A stretch of DNA of 64,000 bases from the human T2T-CHM13v2.0 reference genome, Homo sapiens, in NCBI RefSeq assembly GCF_009914755.1, contig NC_060947.1; one strand, written 5' to 3'. Both the position numbers and the translations under genes were made by a program. Under the pieces are notes generated by a model. That model did no database searches. It was not told the origin of the DNA and was given only the letters and a program-made list of their open reading frames with translations. Below, piece by piece: positions 54,311-64,000 of this stretch. Position 1 is the stretch's first letter. Every line of letters begins with the position of its first letter.

Positions 54311-54909
54311 CTGCTATTGGAGGCTGGCTGGAGTCACAGGCCAGAGAATCTTATCCTGCGAGGTGCTGTGTATGTGGGGCCTGTAGACTGTCATTGCTCA
54401 GCTCTTTGGATTCAGCCCCTTTCCTGGGTGCATGTATGGGAGCATAACCATCCCCTTTGCCAGAGATGCAGCTGCTATTGCTGGGATGCCTGGGAATCCA
54501 AGGCTCCCAGGACTTGTGTGTGCCTGAGCAGCAACTCTGCCAAGACCATGTAGCTTTCTGTGTCAGATTCAAGGCCCTGATGGAGTAGGTTTGTGAGGGG
54601 TTCTCCTGATCCCTGAGTTGCAAAAATCCATGGAAGAAGTATGGGTTTTCAGGGTCTCTTACTCTTACTATCTCACTATTTCCCTGGTTGACAAAGGCTA
54701 CCTTGGCTTCATGTTGCTTCTGGGTGGGCGGTCATCCTGTCTTGCTCCTCTTTATTCTCCGTGAGTTGAGTTGTTTCCTTAATGAATCTCAAAACATGCA
54801 CCCGAATGTTTCAGTTGATGGCGGAGTATTTACTCATCCCTTTTATTTCTCTCCATAAAAGTGGTGCACACTAGCAGCTTTTAGTCTACCGTCTTGACCC
54901 ACCTCCCTT

Positions 54910-55768
<859 letters not shown>

Positions 55769-56570
55769 AAATCATTCCAAAAATTAGAAGTAGAGGGAAT
55801 ACTTCCAATTATATTATAGAAGGCCAGCATTACCCTGACACCAAATCCTGACTAAGAAACCATGAGAAAAGGAAACTACAGGCCAATATATATGATGAAC
55901 AATGATGCAAAAAGCCTTGAAAAAAACACTAGCAGATCAAATTCAACAACACTCCAAAAAATTTATACACCATGAGCAAGTGAGATTTGTCTCTTGGATG
56001 CAAAGGCGGTTGGACACATGCAAATCAATCCATTAGATACCTTATGTTAACAAATTAAAAGGTAAAAGCCACACAATCATCTCAACAGATGCATAAAAAT
56101 ATTTGACAAAGTTCAACATAAAGCCACTCAACAAAATAAGCATAGAAGAAAATTTACTGAACACAATAAAAGCTACATATAAAAAGCCCACAGGTAATAT
56201 TACAATCAATTAAAAAAATGGAAAGGTTTCCCTCTGAGATTTGGTAAAATGTAAGGTTATGCACTCTCACCACTTCTATTTACCATAGTATTGAAAGTAC
56301 TAGCAATAGCAATAAGAAAAGCAAAAAAGGAAGGCGTCCTAATCAGAAAGGAAGAAGTAAAAGTATGCTTGTTTCACATAACATAATCCTATATGTAGAA
56401 AACACTAAAGACTCCAGCAAAAAACTGTCAAAACAAATCAATGAATATAGTAAAGTTTCAGGTTACAAAATCAACACAGAAAAATCAGATGCACTTCTTG
56501 ACACCAATAAGGATGTATCTGAAAAGAAAACTTAAAAATATCTCGTTCAGGATAGCATCTAAAGGAATAA

Positions 56571-56778
56571 TTTTTTCTCTAACATTTATATTACATTTGA
56601 AGTTACATGTGAAGGTTTGTTACATCAGGTAAACACGTACCTTGGGGGCTTGTTGAACATATTATTTCATCACTCAGATATTAAGCACAGTACCCAATAG
56701 TTATCTTTTCCACTCCTCTCCCTCCTCTCACCTTCCTCATTCAAGTAAACCTCAGTGTCTGTTGATTGCTTCTTCATG
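56571..56778 (-). mobile_element. Short L1PA15/16-type 3' end
   Basis: ggtttgttacat..gtaaac..ttatttcatcac.cag.tattaagc..agtacccaatagttatcttttc. Flanking gaataa duplication. Confidence 0.75.
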
Positions 56779-57216
56779 AAGAATAAAATTTTTACAAATA
56801 AGTTTAACCATGGAGGTGAACTATCTCCACATTGAAAACTATAAAACATTAATGACAGAAAATGTAGAATGCAGAAGTAAAATTATATCCCATGTTCATG
56901 AATTGGAAGAACTAATATTAAAATGCCCATGCCACTCAAAGTGATCTACAGAGTTAATTCCATCTCCATCAAAATTCCAATGGCATATTTCACAGAAATA
57001 ACAAAAACTCCAAAATATAAAAAGAACAAAAAAAGGTCCCAAATACTAAAGCAATCTTGAGAAAAAAAGAAAAGAGTTGCAGAAATCACACTTCCTAATT
57101 TCAAATTATATTACAAAGCTATAGTAATCAAGACAGTATGATATTGGCATGAAAACAGACAAATACACCAAATGGAACAGAACACAGAGGCCAGAAATAA
57201 GCCCACCATATACAGT

Positions 57217-58156
<940 letters not shown>

Positions 58157-58653
58157 CAGTGAACTAATTTTCAACAAGAGCATCAAGAATACACAGTGAA
58201 AAAGATCTCATTAATTAATGGTACTGGGAAACTGGATATCTCTATGCAAAAGAATAAAATTAGACGCTTATCTTACACCACAAAAAATTAAAAACTGAAT
58301 TAAAGATTTAAATATAAGATTTGAAATTATATGTCTTCTAGGAGAAAACATAGGAAAAAATTTCTTGACTTTGGCCTTAGTAGTGACTATTTGTATATGA
58401 CAACAAAAGTAAAGGCAACAAAAGCATAAATAAACAAATGGAACTACATCAAACTAAAAAAAACTGCACAGGAGAAAAAATGGTCAACAAAATAAAAAGG
58501 TAACCTACAGATTTGGAGAAAATATTTGATAAACCACAATGAGAAAGAAAGGCAGAGCAAGAGAGAAGAGAGAGAGGTGGAGCAAGATGGTGGAATAGAA
58601 GGCTCCACTGATCATCCCCCTGGAAAGAACACCAATTTAATAATTACACAATA

Positions 58654-58947
<294 letters not shown>

Positions 58948-61192
58948 CTACACAATAAAGCACCTTCATAAGAATCAATAATAAGGTGAGCACTCACAGT
59001 ACCTGGTTTTAACTTTCTGTTGCTAAAAGAGGCACTGAAATCATTAAAAAAAAAAAAGGTTTGAATCACTGAAACCACCCTTCATCAACCTCCCAGCAGC
59101 AGTGGTGTGATGTGGAGAGGTTTTCTGCGGACTGGATGAAAGAGTGTTCAGTAATTGTGAAACATCTAACTCAGTGGTGTATTGTTAGACCAGAAAGAAA
59201 AACCAGACCCCCAACAACTGGACTGGTTGTATAAATGCTCTTATGGAGGGAGCATTGAAACCAGCCCTAGCCAGAGGAGAATGGTTGATCCCAGTTGTCC
59301 AAACTTGAGTTCTGCAAACCTCAACACCAGGGCTAAAGTGCTCCGGGGCTCTAAATAAACTCAAAAGTCACTCTATGCCACAATAAATGTAACCCCTGGA
59401 TGAATTTTAGTGTCAAACTAGTCCCAGAACAAGTAGAATGCATGGCACATAACTTACTGAGACATCAACTGGGGTGGCTAAGAGAGAGCTGGCATCAGCC
59501 CTCCCCTAAGCCCAAACTGTATAGTTTGAAGCTCCCAAAGACCTGCAGTCCCCTTCAATCCGCTTTAGCAAAGGAGAGAAAAGCATGGGGAGGACATTTT
59601 TTTGCATTTTGGATACCAGCTCAGCCACAGCAGGACAAGGCAATGGTCAAAGTCCTGAGGGCCCCTTTCCAGGCTCTAGCTTCTGGATAACAATACTAGA
59701 CAAACAAACTCTGGGCCAGAAGGCAAACCACTGCCTGGAAAGAAAGAATCCAGCCCTGGTAGCATTAATCACCTGCTAATGAAAGAACTCTTGGGCCCTG
59801 AATAAACAGCAGTGATACACAGGTACTGTCAAGGGCTTTGGGTGAGAACTGGTGACATTCTGGCTTCAGGTACCAGCTCACCCACAGGAAGGTAGAGCAC
59901 CAAGTGGACCCTTAGGAACCCTGGTTTCACAGCTTGGCTCTTGGGCAGCATTTCTGAGCCAGCCCTGAGCCAGAGGGGAGCACACTGTCCAAAAAAGTGA
60001 GTCTCAGGCCAGGCAGCATTCATCACAAGTTGACACAAGAGCACTTCAGCCTTAAGGGAGCAGTGGCATTGGTTTGACAGTACCACCCATGGGCCCTTGG
60101 TAGTGGTGGCCACAGGGTGAGACTCTTCTGTCTACTGAAATGGGAGGGAAGAGTGGGAAAAACTGCATCTTGTGGTTTGGTTGCCAGCTAAGCCACAGGA
60201 AAATAGAAAATCAGGTAAAATTCTAAGGTTTTGAATCTAATCCTTGGCTCCCATATGGCACCATGGGACCCATGTGGAGCTTTGTGGAACTCGGAGAACT
60301 GCAGGGAAAAACACAAGCCTGGCTACCTTTGCCACCTGCTGATTGTAAGGACCAGGGCATTGAATGAAAATAAGCTGTAGCCAGAAAGTGGTTACAGCAG
60401 TCCTTCAGCAAGACCCAGTGCTGTTCAGGTTTCAGTTCTAGACTAGTGCAGTCACAGTGCTGGTGGCCACAGGGAAGCTTGTGTCACTCCACCTCCAGCT
60501 TTAGGTGGGTTGGGAGAGAGACAGACAGACAGACAGAGAGAGAGAGAGAGAGATCCTTTTTGTTTAGAAGAAAGTAAGAGAAAAAAACAGTCTCTGCCTG
60601 GTAATGCAGAGAATTCTCCCAGATCTCCAAGATTATGAAGATGGTACTTCTGAAAGTCTGAAATAACCAAAGGGTTACTGTGCTTTGGGTGCCCACTAAA
60701 GTAGATACAGCCTAGATTACAACATCCAAGTTTTTACAAATATCTGGAAAGCCTTCATGAGAAGCATGGGTATAAACAAATCCAGACTGCAAAGCGTATG
60801 GTAAATACCTAATTCTTCAATGCACGGAAAAAGAAGAGCATCTATGCATATCAAGAAAATCCAGGAAAACATGACTTCACTAAAGGGACTACATAAGCCA
60901 CAAGGCACCAGTTCTGGAGAAACAGAAATATCCAACATTTAACACAGATAATTTAATATAGCTGTTTTGAGGAAACTAAAATACAAATTCAAAATAACAA
61001 AGAAATTCAGAATTCCATCAGATAATTTTAACCAAAAGATTAAAATAATTTTAAAAAATCGATCAAAAATACTGGAGCTGAAAAATGCAGTAGGAATAGT
61101 GAGGAATGCATTAGAGACTTTCAATAGGAGAATTGATCACGCAGAAGAAAGAAGTAGTGAGCTTGAAGACAGGCTTTCTGAAAATACACAGT

Positions 61193-61264
61193 GATTATGT
61201 CATTGCACTCCCACCCAGGCCACAGTGCAAGACTCCATTTCAGAAAAAAAATATGATAAAAGAA
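61193..61264 (+). mobile_element. Extremely 5'-truncated Alu (~50 nt + tail)
   Basis: cattgcactcc...gcaagactccatttca + A-rich tail. 12-bp TSD aaaatacacagt (61181-61192 / 61265-61276). Confidence 0.75.
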
Positions 61265-61367
61265 AAAATACACAGTCAGAGACAAAAGAAGAAAGAATAA
61301 AAAACAACAAAGCATGAATACAGGATCAAGAAAATAGGGTCAAAAGAGAAAATACAAAAGTTTTTGA

Positions 61368-61448
61368 TTTTTAAAAATTATTATTATACATTAAGTTCTG
61401 GGGTACATGTGCAGAATGTGCAGGTTTTTTACATAGGTATACAAGTGC
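61368..61448 (-). mobile_element. L1PA6/7-type extreme 3' end
   Basis: ttattatacattaagttctggggtacatgtgcagaatgtgcagg...acataggtatac. Confidence 0.85.
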
Positions 61449-61449
61449 T

Positions 61450-62252
61450 GGGGGGCAGTTCCAAGATGGCTGAATAGGAACAGCTCCAGTCTACAGCTCT
61501 CAGCATGAGTGAAGCAGAATACGGGTGATTTCTGCATTTCCAACTGAGGTACTGTGTTCATCTCACTGAGATTGTCAGACAGTGGCTGCAGGAGAGTGGG
61601 TGCAGCAAAGCGAGCATGAGCTGAAGCAGGGCAAGGCATCACCTCACCCGGGAAGCACAAGGGGTCAGGGAATTCCCTTTCCTAAGCAAGGGAAGGGGTG
61701 ACAAACAGCACCCGGAAAATCGAGTCACACCCACACTAATACTGCGCTTTTCCAATGGTCTTAGCAAACGGCACACCAGGAGATTATATCCCGCACATGT
61801 CTCAGAGGGTCCTACACCCATGGAGCTTTACTCACTGCCAGCACGGCAGTCTGAGATTGAATTGCAACCTGGCAGCGAGGCTGGGGGAGGGGCTGCCGCC
61901 ATTGCTGAGGCCTGAGTAGGTAAACAAAGTGACTGGGAAGCTCGAGCTGGGTGGAGCCCACTGCAGCTCAAGAAAATCTGCCTGCCTCTGTAGACTCTTG
62001 TAGACAAAGAAGGCCATTACATAATGGTAAAGGGATCAATTCAACAAGAAGAACTAACTATCTTAAATATATATGCACAAAATACAGGAGCACCGAGATT
62101 CATAAAGCAAGCCCTTAGAGACCTACAAAGAGACTTAGACTCCCACACAATAATACTGGGAGACATTAACAACCCACTGTCAACATTAGACAGATCAATG
62201 AGACAGAAAGTTAACAAGGATATCCAGGAATTGAACTCAGCTCTGCACCAAG
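61450..62252 (+). mobile_element. L1PA5/6-type 5'UTR (61450-61997) fused to an ORF2 EN fragment (62002-62252)
   Basis: gggggg..ttccaagatggctgaataggaacagctcc start, then a jump to agacaaagaaggccattacataatgg ([18 protein letters not shown]). Confidence 0.9.

Positions 62253-64000
<1,748 letters not shown>

Noticed and set aside
61989-62005. Spliced L1 RNA integration as the cause of the 5'UTR-to-EN jump
   Set aside because: The skipped 5'UTR would begin with c-rich sequence rather than GT, and the junction has extra bases, which fits end-joining better than splicing.

Overview
Primate, almost certainly human, genomic DNA: a human-specific AluYb8 is present. I found no cellular gene, RNA gene or CRISPR array. 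Essentially the whole 64 kb is nested retrotransposon sequence, roughly three-quarters LINE-1 by my rough tally. It includes four near-full-length L1PA4-8 copies (one nested inside another), fragments of older L1MA/L1P4/L1M elements, a two-LTR MER41A-type provirus (13.7-33.4 kb) and a two-LTR MSTA provirus (41.0-49.8 kb). There is also a minus-strand MER4-group ERV1 remnant with a gag-matrix relic, solo LTRs (LTR8, MSTB-like, THE1, MSTA, MER4A-like) and about ten Alus. All long ORFs are disabled L1 ORF1/ORF2 pieces or MaLR/ERV remnants. Subfamily names come from remembered diagnostic sequences, not a database search. I see no evidence for a new biological system. The points most worth checking are structural: a young, possibly polymorphic AluYb8; two full-length L1s carrying an extra L1 3' end inside their TSDs; a ~315-bp non-L1 filler replacing L1 sequence; deletion junctions with templated micro-duplications; and a multiply rearranged L1 at 61.4-64 kb.
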